Counted from the whole stretch's first letter, positions 23,785 to 36,021 are shown. The stretch is DNA of 54,929 nt, filler included, from Catajapyx aquilonaris (GCA_000934665.2; 4 parts of 4 records of this genome joined end to end with filler, not necessarily neighbours in it); one strand, 5' to 3'. Program-made: numbers and translations. Notes: generated from the letters alone by a model not told the origin.

Positions 23785-24209
23785 GACATCACAGATGCAT
23801 TGCCATGGGACCATGTATTTAAATGTCTACTGTAAGAGGTTTTAGTTCTATCCTTGTTCTCTTTGCTGACACATTTTCAAGCCATTGCACAGTGTGGCCA
23901 AACAAGTGAATGCTTGGACAATGGCTCCCACTCCACGCGTATTTGTCACGATGGGGTCATGACTTTCCTCTGATTTTTAAGACAAAAAATAGCGAATTTC
24001 ACTTTGAATGACAGACCAACGGAAGGACTAGATTCCCCAGTTATACATTCACATTGTTTTAAGTGCACACAATTGCACCTTTCGTCGGTGCAGCATACTG
24101 CTATAGTGGGAGCTGTACAAGTAAAATGACAGAAAAAAACCGCATTTGATGATAGAAGCAAGCCACTTTGCACACTTGTTCCTAACACCATAAGGTTCAA
24201 TTTGGCCTG

Positions 24210-27025
24210 CAGTACGGTCAAAATTTTCCCGTAGGATTCAAAATGGCGACCATCTTTTCAAAATGGCCGACAATATCGAAAAGTGTTACTTTTTGGGGTA
24301 CTCATGAATGCGGGGTGTCGATTCCGCATGATTTAAGGTCTCTAAACTCGAATTTGGCCATACCAAGTTGCCGTCTTGAATTATTTCGGCCCCAGAGGCG
24401 CCATTTTCCAAAATGGCGGCTTTTATTGCATACACCTCAAATTGTCCTAGAAGTGAATGTGATGTGTCGATTCCGAGTCATTTCCACATGCGAAGCTCAA
24501 ATATGAACTGACCTTGGCGACATTTTCCAAGATGGCGGCCTGATGTATTCTGTAAACTCAGAACTAGTCGAAGCGGTACACAAAAATATGCTGCAAAATC
24601 TTGCAGAAAGCAAGCCACTTTGCACAGACGTTCCATAGACCAAGACGATCAATTTGACCCGCAGCACCCTGACCCCTGACCTTCTGGGGTCAAATGGAGG
24701 CCATTTTTGAAGAAAAAAAAGTCAGATATTTTTTGTAAATTCCCAATTGCCTCTCCATGGCAATGTTGGTGTCATTTCCGCATATTTCGAGGTCGACAAG
24801 TCGATTGGTAACATGCAGGAGGTCATAAGGTCACTAGTTTGTGACCTGTGACCTCCATTTTGAAATTACCCTACTGGGCTATGTCTAATGGTATTTGCGA
24901 CTAAAAGGTGGCATGTGAGGTATCATTTAGATATAATTTGATGTCACTGAAACCGAAAACGACAATAAAAATTCGGAATCATGCATCCGATGACCTGTGG
25001 GGCGCCATATTGGGTTTCAACTTATACCCTTTGGTGGGGATGTGCACCCACCCGTAAGGGAATAGTATAGACGTGTTTGGTATCCTTGCAGCATAATAAT
25101 TCGAGGTCGCTAAGACGATTGGTCATATTCAGAAGGTCAGAAGGTCACTAGTTTGTGACCTATGGCCGCCATTTTGAAATTATCCTATCAGGAAATGTGT
25201 AAAGGTATTTGCATATGATGTGTGGCTTGTGTGGTCTCAGAAAGCATGATTCGAGATTTTGTGTCATTTTTGATTTCAGTGACAGCAAATTATATGTAAT
25301 CGACACCTCACAAGTCACACATCATATGCAAATACCTTTACACATTTCCCGATAGGATAATTTCAAAATGGCGGCCATAGGTCACAAACTAGTGACCTTC
25401 TGACCTTCTGAATATGACCAATCGTCTTAGCGACCTCGAATTATTATGCTGCAAGGATACCAAACACGTCTATACTATTCGCTTACGGGTGCACATCCCC
25501 ACCAAAGGGTATAAGTTGAAACCCAATATGGCGCCCCACAGGTCATCGGATGCATGATTCCGAATTTTTATTGTCGTTTTCGGTTTCAGTGACATCAAAT
25601 TATATCTAAATGATACCTCTCATGCCACCTTTTAGTCGCAAATACCATTAGACATAGCCCAGTAGGGTAATTTCAAAATGGAGGTCACAGGTCACAAACT
25701 AGTGACCTTATGACCTCCTGCATGTTACCAATCGACTTGTCGACCTCGAAATATGCGGAAATGACACCAACATTGCCATGGAGAGGCAATGGGGAAGTAG
25801 CCTTCATTTTGGAAACTACATAATAAATTCGCCCATATTTTTTGGATTTTTTTGGCATATTCCGTTTTAAGATATCAGCTTTAGTTCCGGAGTAATTGGG
25901 GTTTTTATGTAGGGAAATGGTGATGTCACTGTTTCCCTAGAAAATGTTGACGTCACGCGAAGTGAAATGAACGCAAAAATGATGTTATAGAACGCGCCCC
26001 GTCAATGTTGTAAAATGCTTCGCTGTGGTTAGCAACCGTCCCATTCCATGAGCAAGATAGCGGCCGTGGCGCGTTTTTACTTCACGCCGCTCAATCAGCT
26101 TAGGGGCTGGCAGGGGTGCCAACTGGCAGGAATCATCTGTCACCCGAATTCGGCACATGAAGGCCCCCTTTCTCCACCTCGATGGCCTACAGCCGCCTTG
26201 CGAATGCTTTCCGTCGTGTCCGCGGTTAATTCAAAGTCAAATTCCTCATCTCTCGCAGTCAACCAGACATTTCAGTGTACCCTTTCGATTGGCTCCGGCG
26301 TTTTTCCCGCCAATTTTGAAGGCACTTTTAAATGTGCCGTAATTTATCCAGTAATGTCATTTTGATGCAACAGAGTGATGGAATGTATGTTTACAGGCAT
26401 GGGCTAGCTAGTTATGAACAAAAATCCCAAATCCCAGACCAAGGCTAGTTCCCCATTGGGAATTTACAAAAAATATCTGACTTTTTTTTTCAAAAATGGC
26501 CTCCATTTGACCCCAGAAGGTCAGGGGTCAGGGTGCTGCGGGTCAAATTGATCGTCTTGGTCTATGGAACGTCTGTGCAAAGTGGCTTGCTTTCTGCAAG
26601 ATTTTGCAGCATATTTTTGTGTACCGCTTCGACTAGTTCTGAGTTTACAGAATACATCAGGCCGCCATCTTGGAAAATGGCGCCTGTGGGACCTCATTGA
26701 CACAAAATGTCGCCAAGGTCAGTTCATATTTGAGCTTCGCATGTGGAAATGACTCGGAATCGACACATCACATTCACTTCTAGGACAATTTGAGGTGTAT
26801 GCAATAAAAGCCGCCATTTTGGAAAATGGCGCCTCTGGGGCCGAAATAATTCAAGATGGCAACTTGGTATGGCCAAATTCGAGTTTAGAGACCTTAAATC
26901 ATGCGGAATCGACACCCCGCATTCATGAGTAGCCTACCCCAAAAAGTAACACTTTTCGATATTGTCTGCCATTTTGAAAAGATGGTCGCCATTTTGAATC
27001 CTACGGGAAAATTTTGACCGTACTG
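24210..27025. mobile_element. Giant near-perfect palindromic element (arms about 1 kb), CACTA/CMC-EnSpm-like, 2-bp TSD (TG)
   Basis: TG|CAGTACGGTCAAAATTTTCCCGTAGG ... CCTACGGGAAAATTTTGACCGTACTG|TG. The left arm 24210-25230 pairs with 25310-25790 plus 26455-27025, and both carry reiterated AAAATGGCG/CGCCATTTT motifs. Confidence 0.85.
25791..26454. mobile_element. 664-bp TIR element inserted in the right arm of the palindrome, AT target duplication (ISL2EU/PIF-Harbinger-like)
   Basis: TIR GGGGAAGTAGCCTT / AAGGCTAGTTCCCC. The empty site read from the left arm is GGCAATTGGG; the filled site is GGCA-AT-[element]-AT-TGGG. Confidence 0.8.
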
Positions 27026-27416
27026 TGCATTGGGATAATTTTTGGTGGCCCTGCCATGGACAGTGCAAGAGCCCTGCATGCCAGTCAGAGCACCAGCAGT
27101 GGTCACTGGAAAATGCACCATCAAAGAGAACAAAGATGGCAGTAAAGCCATTTACAGTCAATATTTCCTCTCATGAGCCTCCTGTTGTACTTTGATAATT
27201 TTCTGATCTATTTGGATTGTACCATGATTGCAAGTAGGCCAGGACCTTTGTCCATGCAGTGCAAAAGACCCTATGAATGGATGTCGAATGGCACACCCTG
27301 ATTCCTTGAATGAAGATGCATTAGGGTCATTCCATGTCAATTCACCGAGCTTTTAAGGAAAATTGACCCTTGGGTTGTCAGATTTTGACGAAAATCGGCG
27401 AATCGCTTTAATTACG

Positions 27417-27516
27417 NNNNNNNNNNNNNNNNNNNNNNNNNNNNNNNNNNNNNNNNNNNNTTAATTAATTAANNNNNNNNNNNNNNNNNNNNNNNNNNNN
27501 NNNNNNNNNNNNNNNN
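27417..27516. other. Artificial contig spacer
   Basis: 44 N + TTAATTAATTAA + 44 N. Confidence 0.98.
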
Positions 27517-28092
27517 ATATACCTGGATAGTGACACTATGATGATCAGGAGTCTGGATCCCTTCCGGAAGTACGAGATGACCATCGCATGGGATGACAAC
27601 CAGTTCTTAGGAAACCAGGTAGGTACTGAACACTCTGTTCCTCGGCCCAAAGTGACTGTCCCACCTTCGCAGATATTCGTGGCTCACAAGAACGCCCGGT
27701 TCCTTCTGAAGTACCTAGACACGTACCGGTACTACGACCCAGAGAGGTGGTACTACAACGGTGGTGAGCTTCCGACCACCAGCGTGCTGTACCAACACCC
27801 GGAGCTGGTTCATCGAGTCAAGGAGTACTTCGGCGTCCGGTACCTGATAGATGAACTGTACCTGCACGAGTGGGGCGGGTGGCAGGACGGGTACTACACG
27901 GTGCACCTTCTGAGCCGCTGGAGGGGAGGGGGCGCCAAGGAGGACGTGGAAGAGACAGGCATCCAAGACTTCGACTTCGACGAGGAGAATATCAAGGGGT
28001 ACGACAGGACCTTCGGACAGATGGCTCGCTGGGTGCTCTACAACACCACGGACCTGTTGGCAAAACCTATTCGACGGAAAACCTCTGAATAA
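27517..28092 (+). CDS. DxD-motif glycosyltransferase (GT32/alpha-1,4-glycosyltransferase-like), 5'-truncated; exons <27517-27618 and 27673-28092
   Basis: The contig starts with IYLDSD (the GGIYLDxD motif), then ..LGNQ|IFVAHKNARFL..Y..YDPERWYYNGGELPT..HLL. A 54-bp intron CAG|GTAGGT..CTTCGCAG is predicted. Codons are GC3-rich and AATAAA follows the stop. Confidence 0.75.
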   Translation: MYLDSDTMMIRSLDPFRKYEMTIAWDDNQFLGNQVGTEHSVPRPKVTVPPSQIFVAHKNARFLLKYLDTYRYYDPERWYYNGGELPTTSVLYQHPELVHRVKEYFGVRYLIDELYLHEWGGWQDGYYTVHLLSRWRGGGAKEDVEETGIQDFDFDEENIKGYDRTFGQMARWVLYNTTDLLAKPIRRKTSE

Positions 28093-29568
28093 ATTGGTAG
28101 TTGCGGATTTAATGTTATAGCCTATACATCACACGAATCTTCAAAGTTTTTGTTCCTTAATAAAATAAAATATTTGAATTTAATTCGAAATTAAATGAAA
28201 TTTTGTATCTCTATAAAAATAACCTCAAGTCGAATAACAATTCGTGACTAATAAACAATAAATAACTAATAATGTTATAATTATATTATTAATGACCACT
28301 TAAATAATATAATTATTAATGACCACTTAAATAATATAATTATTAATGACTACTATAATAATATAATGAACTAATTCCAATTAAAATAACATGATAATAG
28401 TATAATGAACAGAAAAAATTAAATGCCACTGAAAAAGCTGATAATGATAAATGTTGAGGAGATAATTATTTCACAAAATTGTATAATACGGCTCAAAAAG
28501 TAACCTGTTACTATACGTCTCCGCCTACACTAGTAGGTTAATAAAAATGACAGTTACACGAAGAAAAGACTATTCAAATATAACAAATTAATAATAAAAC
28601 TGAGTAATAATTAAATTGTGATAACTAATATAAAGCAAAATAATAAATAGCTGATAACTAATGAACAAAATAAAAAATAGCCGATAACTAATAAGCAAAA
28701 CAATAAGTAGCTGATAATAAATAAAAACTAATGCATGCGTTGACTTTGATATAATTCAAAAGTAGCTAGTTGGGCCACCCAAGTCGTTTAAATAACAAAA
28801 AAATGATTACCGGAAGAGCACGTCATTCAAAAATTACTAATTAATAAAAATAATAGTCTACAGTATAACACCAAAATAAATAATAACCCACTTTTTATTT
28901 TTATTTGGTTTTACCCCGTTCGGAGCCACATGGCTCTTTGGGGTCCAATAACAAATATGTAGGCCCTAACACATAATAAATTACTGGCAATGATTAAACT
29001 TAAATAAATAATAGCTCATGCATGATGGGGTGACCTCTGTACAGTAAGGCGTAGTAAGGCATCCTAGAAAAACCAAAATATAACAGTTACCGGTGCGCAA
29101 AAAACAGGTCATTAAAAAAGCAACTAATTAGTAACAAGTGCATCAAGTGACCTTGAGTTTGGTGATGACATCCAAAGCTCTTATCGCAATCATAGTTCAT
29201 ACCAACGTAAATGAGTCGCATATCAGAAAATTTGCCAACACTTGACAAAACCAAATAGAGGACACATGTCGCAGTTTTGTCCCAGACTACGCCCATTTTT
29301 ATGTTCGCAGGATGTCAGGTCGTTAAGTCGTATACATAGAGGCCAATCAGGGCAGGGGATTTATACTTACTCGTCTCTAGATGATAAACGAGGCACTTCC
29401 GCTGAGCAAACAGCGATTTCTATTCATGTCCGCGATACGAGCATTGTCCGCTGGGCACAACAGCGAGAGAGACAGGATATCCGCGAGTATTTCCCACCTT
29501 TTTCCTGCTTGCTGGTCATCCATCCTCCACATAAAAAGGCTATACCCTTCTGATCTAGGCCAGACACG

Positions 29569-32500
29569 ATGTGGAGACAGGCTGTGCTGGTCATCGCCAT
29601 ATTGGCCTCGCATCAGGTCGCGGCGACGACCTACTCGCGATGCGATTTCGCTAAGCTCATGTTGCGGTACTTCCACAAAAGTGTCATCAGCGGATGTGAG
29701 TACACGATTTCATTCCATATTTTGTATTCAAGCGCTTGCGTTTTCCTGATCTGCTGGACGATAAAAGCGAGCGATTTCTGGAGGGCCACTAATCGCTCGC
29801 ATCATGCGGCGATTTTACACTCTGAAAGTGAGCGATTACGTTATTGTCTCTGTTATCTTCACGAAAAAAGCTAATACATATAACCACTGATACAACTGCT
29901 ACAAAGTAGCTGGTTAACAACAAGCAGTTGAAAATCACAAAATTGCTAATACATTTGATAATCACTGAAATATTGCAAAGTAGCTACCTCGGCAAATATT
30001 AAGCCTGAAGGCACAAAATTTCCAATATCTTTGGTATATTTGAGTGATAAAAGCTAATACAATATAACCACTAAGATATCTGCTACTAAGTACAGTAGCT
30101 GTTTAGCAATAAGCAGTTTAGCATCACAAAATTGTTAATACCTTTGATAACCACTAAAATAACTGTTGCAAAGTAGCTACCTCGGCAGATAATAAGTTTG
30201 AAGGCAAAATATTTATCAGTGATGAAAGCTAATACATAATCACTAATATATCTGTTATTACTAAGTAGCTGTTTAACAATAAAAGCAGTTTAGAATAACA
30301 CAATTGAGAATACCTTTAATAACCAATAAAATAACTGTTGCAAGGTAGCCACCAAGGCAAGTAATAAGCAGTTTGAAGACAGAAAATTGCCAAAATCTTC
30401 GATAACCACTAAAATAACTGTTACGAAGCAGGTGCTTAATAATAAGCAGATTATAGATTCACAAAATTTCAAATGGTTTTCATTACCATTAAACTAACTG
30501 TTACCAGTAGCTGTTTGATAATAAGCAGCTTAAAATAAGCAGCAAAGTTCTTTTGTCAACAGGTGAACAAGAAAACACGCTTGCGATTTTTTGACCCGTC
30601 GGCTAATCGCTCCCATTCAAATGTGGCGAATTCACACAGACACAATTTTATAAGCGAGCGAGATTTTGTACCCGGTGAAAAACGCGCTTGCGATTTTTGG
30701 TCGGTCAGCGAATCGCTGTGGCGATTTCTTCCAACCATGACTTTGAAAGCGAGCCATATTTTTTGCGATTCCGTTCACGTTGCTAATGAGGTTGCTAGGG
30801 GAAATATTGCTACGAGAGGGATTCCCCCTGTTAGATAACTCCATTCAAACGCGGCCTCTACCGACCCTAGCAACGTCATGCCCCTAAACAAATGGCAGGA
30901 AATACGCCGCTAAAGCAGATGACCTCCGTGCAATTTCTGATCCGGAAGTCATGACTCATGTGTACAGTACAAGTGACACGGCTGTTAATTGGGTTACGTA
31001 ATGAGGAAACATGGCAGGGGGGAAAATGGGCGAATTAAAAAAAAAAAAGTCGGGAAACCCCAGATTTAATGCATAATTAGCATTAGTGGCAACCTTACCC
31101 AACTGATTATTACCGTAATTAATAAAATATTTAATTACATAAATAAATAAATAGAGTAAAATTTGCTGACTATATATGACCATTTCAGTTGTTACTCATT
31201 GCTAATTGAAAGTAGCTGTTTATAGTGAAAATCGATTTTTTTTAAAAAACACCCTGTTTACTGAAATGCTGAATGTTCCGCAGTTGTTTGCATCGCCAAA
31301 GAAGGTGCCAACTTCAACACCAGGACTGTCAAGACGAACTCCGATGGACAGAATAGATACGGCATATTTCAGGTAATGTCGTCAAATATTGGCGTTTAAA
31401 AATTTTATTGACAAAACATCATATCTGATTTCAGATAGACGCACAATATTGCGGAGAAGGCTCGCTCTGCGGAGTTGATTGCTCCGGTAAGTAGTAGTTC
31501 TTATCTGGCCGTCCTGCTGAATCGACCTTCACGGAACGACCTTTTCTCATTGCGTCTATTACGACATGTCTACTATACCGGCCGACTATAAACGGCTTAA
31601 GTCAATATTTGCGCTTTTCCTCTTGAGATGAGCAAGGAACTAACTCGCGTCATCCACTCACTTCCTTCAGACTTCTTTAGCCAATCAATGGGACACAACC
31701 TCACGTAATAATATACTGTAGGCCTGCATCAGAACAATATGTACGCTATAAAATATAATAAAACATTATCAGTTATTAAATAAAATAATACACAACTGTT
31801 ATAAAAAATAAAATAATACACTATCAGCTATGAAATAATTATACGCAACTGTTATAAAATAAAATAGTATTAGCTCGAAATCATAGCTGATAGTGTATTA
31901 TTATTTATATGTACATAACAGTTGTGTATTATTCTGTTATAACAGTTGTGTATAATTTTAATTTTGTAAGAGGTGTATTATTTAATTTAATAACTGATGA
32001 TGTTTTATTATATTTTATAGCTGATACTGTGATTATACATATTGTTCTGATGCAAGCCTAACAGTATATTATTGTACGTGAGTCTAATGATATACAGTAT
32101 TTAATACTGTATATCATTAGCCATGACATGATATTACTGTATCGGTTATAATATACTGCATTATTGGTTATTATGTTGGTTAGAATATTAGTAGTTATAC
32201 ATTAGTTATATTAGTAGTTGTACATTAGTTATATTAGTAGTTGTACATTAGTTATATTAGTAGTTGTACATTAGTTATATTAGTAGTTATTATATTAGCT
32301 TAGATATTAACAGTTATTATATTAGCTTAGATATTAACAGCTATTATATTAGCTTAGATATGAATAGTTGTAGCCTAAATTAGTTATATTAGTAGGTGTA
32401 GCCTACATTAGTTACATTAGTAGGTGTAGCCTACATTAGTCATATTAGTAGGTGTAGCCTACATTAGTTATATTAGTAGTTATTATATTAGCTTAAATAT

Positions 32501-33081
32501 TATTTGTTACATGTTACTGGTTACATTATTAATTATATTGGTCATAATTTTATTGGTTATAATAACAGTTACGTCTTGTGAGTATCACTAATAACTATTA
32601 TTAATAGACGATGTATTATTTTAACTATTACTAACTCGAATTATTATTAATAATAAATGGTAATAATAGCTATTGTTGTTATACCCAATCTGCGTGATAT
32701 TTGAATTAATAGCCCTATTAATTATTGGCTACAATTTTATTAGTTATGATAACAATTATTTGTAAGTATCAGTAATTATAAATATGTATTATGATGACTG
32801 TTAATAACTCATTATCAATGAATGGTAATAGTAACAGCCAGCATTGTTGTTGTTATAACCAATCTGATGAGTAAAATTTGAAGTAATATTTTTCTAAAAT
32901 AATGTTGTTCTGGCTTCCAGCCCTCCACGATGACGTGATCCAAGACGACATTGCCTGCATGAGGAGGGTGTATGCCAAGAAGGGCAAGTTCTCGGCCTTC
33001 GGACCATGGAGGGAACGGTGCAGTACCAAGGACCTCAGACCGTACATACGAGGTTGCAAGTTCGGCGGTAACACCACCTAA
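29569..33081 (+). CDS. c-type lysozyme-like protein A, predicted non-catalytic; exons 29569-29695, 31284-31372, 31435-31486, 32921-33081
   Basis: Signal peptide + TTYSRCDFAKLMLRYFHKSVISGFVCIAKEGANFNTRTVKTNSDGQNRYGIFQIDAQYCGEGSLCGVDCSALHDDVIQDDIACMRRVYAKKGKFSAFGPWRERCSTKDLRPYIRGCKFGGNTT*. It has 8 Cys, canonical GT-AG introns and the same intron positions as its neighbours. Confidence 0.88.
29710..30780. repeat. Repeat-derived intron 1 of lysozyme A: GCGAGCGATT/AATCGC motif blocks flanking a degenerate AT-rich minisatellite (about 29865-30545)
   Basis: GCTAATAC..ATAACCACT.AAATAACTG..CAAAGTAGCT..AATAAGCAGTT recurs in units of about 60 bp. Confidence 0.6.
31700..32082. repeat. AT-rich foldback in intron 3 of lysozyme A
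   Basis: AATATACTGTAGGCCTGCATCAGAACAATATGTA ... TACATATTGTTCTGATGCAAGCCTAACAGTATATT, with further inner complementarity. Confidence 0.75.
32185..32500. repeat. AT-rich minisatellite (23-28 bp units)
   Basis: Tandem ATTAGTTATATTAGTAGTTGTAC and variants containing GTAGCCTAC. Confidence 0.9.
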
Positions 33082-33220
33082 TCATGTACCAGGAAGGAAA
33101 CTGCTGTAGCCAACAACTAGTCAACTCCGCATTTAATAACAGTACTGTAACTGGTTTCTACAATAAAAACAACAACAACATAACTTTATGTCAAATATTG
33201 CGTCTTTCCATATGCGTCGA

Positions 33221-33262
<42 letters not shown>

Positions 33263-33499
33263 TAAATTCGACAAATTCTATACAGGAAATGATAACAATA
33301 TACCGTAATATAAATATATAATTAGATGTTGATATTCATTCCGCATGGTTGCTGGAGTCGACAATCCGCATAAAACCGGGCTTGTTGTTTCCTCCAGCAA
33401 CCACCAGCATCAGGTTTTTCCATTTGCGGTCTAATGTCCGTGTCTAAAAATGTCCTGCGGCGGACTTCCTTAGATTATGACCAGGCATAGTATCCTTCA

Positions 33500-34145
33500 A
33501 CCCAGAGGTAAGTCTGGTTGTGTCCCCCGTTAATCCGGTAGTTAAAACGTGCTGGAGGCGGATTTTCCGGACTGGAAATGGACAGGATGGCATCCGGAAC
33601 GAGGAGGTGGACACAGCCACACACTGCCCAGCTATATAGGACCCTCCGATCCAAAAATTTTCCATCCAAAAAATTAACCCCGTAAATAATATATCCGGAA
33701 AAAACCGGGCCCAAACAACCCAAATATACGGTAAGTTGGGCCCGGATTTTTACGGCATGTCCAGCCACTGGCCACAACTGGATTTTGTCCAGTCCGGTCC
33801 GGAGTTGCCAGATTTCCGGGTCCAGCAGACTGACCCTTAGCTCCGGATTTGAAGTGGACGGTGGTGAGGGGCAGTATCCGGTTGGATTTTTGGATCCGGA
33901 TTTTTTTTTGCGTAGGGGGGTAGGGTTGGGGAATGGGAGGGGGGGACGGGCAAAATGTCGCCTATTCAAAGGACCTGAGGGTCCACGGGGTTGGGTAGGG
34001 AAACAGGAGGGATCCGGAGGTGGTTGCATTGGGAGGAAGGGAGAGGGTTGGTGGTGGTGGTGGTGGCCACCCCCCACCTCCCGGATTACTATCGATCCGG
34101 AGAAACTCGGTTTTCCATGCGCGACACTCCGGAGACGGACTTAAA
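33500..34145. repeat. GC-rich, CCGG/TCCGGA-motif-rich segment, probably MITE-derived
   Basis: Dense TCCGG/CCGGA motifs in an otherwise AT-rich intergenic region; no clean TIR or TSD identified. Confidence 0.4.
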
Positions 34146-35406
34146 TACAGTACAAATACTTTTAATAGTACCAATAGTACCGCACAAAAAATTGCCAATA
34201 ATTACGAAATAATTTATGCAATATAATATCATATGTTAGCCTCTGTGTAACATTTATGTATAGGCCAAGTATGTCATGTTATGTATCGGTGTTACTGAAA
34301 TAATATGTAGTATTAAAATAATAGTTCATATTTAGTATTGACATGTAATATCTAATAAAATGTCATCAAATAATGTTTAATAGCTGATAAGTAATAACAT
34401 TATAGCTGATAAGTTATAACAGTAATTGCTGATAATAATTGCTGATATTTAATTGCTAAATTAATCAATTATTAATTATAACTATTATTCATACTATTAA
34501 TTATATCTAATAATAATAATAATTATTATATCTATTATAATACTTTTAATATATTAATACTATTTGCAGTTAATATATTAATACTATTTGCAGTTAATAT
34601 ATTAATACTATTTGCAGTTAATATTAATACCATTTGAGCGATATTATTGAATGCTATTAATAAACAATATTTAGTAGTGTTTGTGTAGTCTTAACAATAT
34701 TAATATTCAATATTATTTAATACCCGGTACAATATGTAATATTTAACATGTAGGCGTAATATTTTTAATAACATTCAATATTAATACATCAAAGAGTGGG
34801 TAATATTTAACATTTAAGAATACGAAAATTTAATATTTAGCCATATGAATATTCGATATTATCTAATACAGTTTAGTATTTGATAATGCACAATATTTAT
34901 TATGTAGGCCTAATATCATAGCGCGGGTAATATTAATATTTAACAATATGAACATTTAATATTTAGTCGATGAATATTAATATTAATAATAGTAATATTA
35001 AATTTTATTTATGAAATGATATCAATTAAAATCGCGTCAATCTTTTCGATTGATTTCACTATATTGTTAGTTACATTGTTGCTCTGACAGTGGTTTCTTG
35101 CTATATGAAACAACAGCATTACTGTTCGGGCCAGCAACTAGCTTAAAATGGAAGCAAAATGTCGCGTGTATTGTTCAATATTTCATTGGTATAACCTATA
35201 ACATCTTCAAAATGGTCATACGTAGTGTGACACTCTTGGACTATTGAGTAACAAGGAAAACAATTTTTATTTGCGCACATAGGCACGTAATAGGCTGATA
35301 ATTTAATTTATCATTTTTTTTTGTCTGGATTTGTCGCTGGTAATTGCGACACGACTGGACTTTAAATACACCTGGTCATGAACAGGGGACAGGTCAATTG
35401 AAGAAG

Positions 35407-36021
35407 ATGAAGGGTCTGTGTCTGATCGTGGTTCTGGTGGTCCTGGTGGTGGTCCAAGGAAAACGGTACCAGAGATGCGACTTCGCTAGAGAGCTGGTTC
35501 GACGGGGGATACCGAGGTCGCAAGTGGCTAACTGTAGGTCAAAGGTCATCCGGCGGTTCATCTAAAGGTGGGTACTAACCGATCCTCTTATTCGGTCAGG
35601 GGTGTGCTTGGCCACTGCCGAAAGCAGCCTGAACACTGCGGCCAAAGGTGGTCCAAACTACGATGGAAGCTACGACTACGGAATATTTCAGGTCAGTATA
35701 ATAATTCAATAAATAATAATAGCGTAATAAATAAATAATTAAATAATTTTCTCAGATCAACAATCACTACTGGTGCTCTCCTGGACGTTACAACGAATGT
35801 CACGTCAAGTGTTCAGGTACGTCCCATCATCATCATCATCATCATCATTATTATTATGATGATGATTATTATTATTGGTAGCATTGTTGGACAACAACAT
35901 CGCGGATGACCTGAAGTGTGCCAAGCTGATCTACAGCCGGCAAGGATTCATGGCCTGGTACGGCTGGCAGAAGAAGTGCAAAGGTCATAACCTCAACCCG
36001 TACATACAAGGTTGCTTCTAA
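35407..36021 (+). CDS. c-type lysozyme B, catalytic and basic; exons 35407-35533, 35600-35691, 35756-35816, 35882-36021
   Basis: Signal peptide + KRYQRCDFARELVRRGIPRSQVANWVCLATAESSLNTAAKGGPNYDGSYDYGIFQINNHYWCSPGRYNECHVKCSALLDNNIADDLKCAKLIYSRQGFMAWYGWQKKCKGHNLNPYIQGCF*. Glu35 and Asp52 equivalents present. TTTAAATA at 35361, AATAAA near 36090. Confidence 0.95.

Noticed and set aside
24243..27161. Mirror-image ORFs on both strands (MATIFSKW.., ..RRHFPKWR..)
   Set aside because: They are by-products of the palindrome and its AAAATGGCG motifs; no transposase motifs.
29865..32500. Periodic AT-rich arrays as CRISPR-like repeats
   Set aside because: These are degenerate head-to-tail minisatellites with no unique spacers or cas genes, inside spliceosomal introns.
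33475..34226. 200-aa Pro/His-rich ORF and overlapping ORFs
   Set aside because: They arise from a GC-rich, G-run and CCGG-repeat segment open in several frames, with no recognisable domain or splice context.
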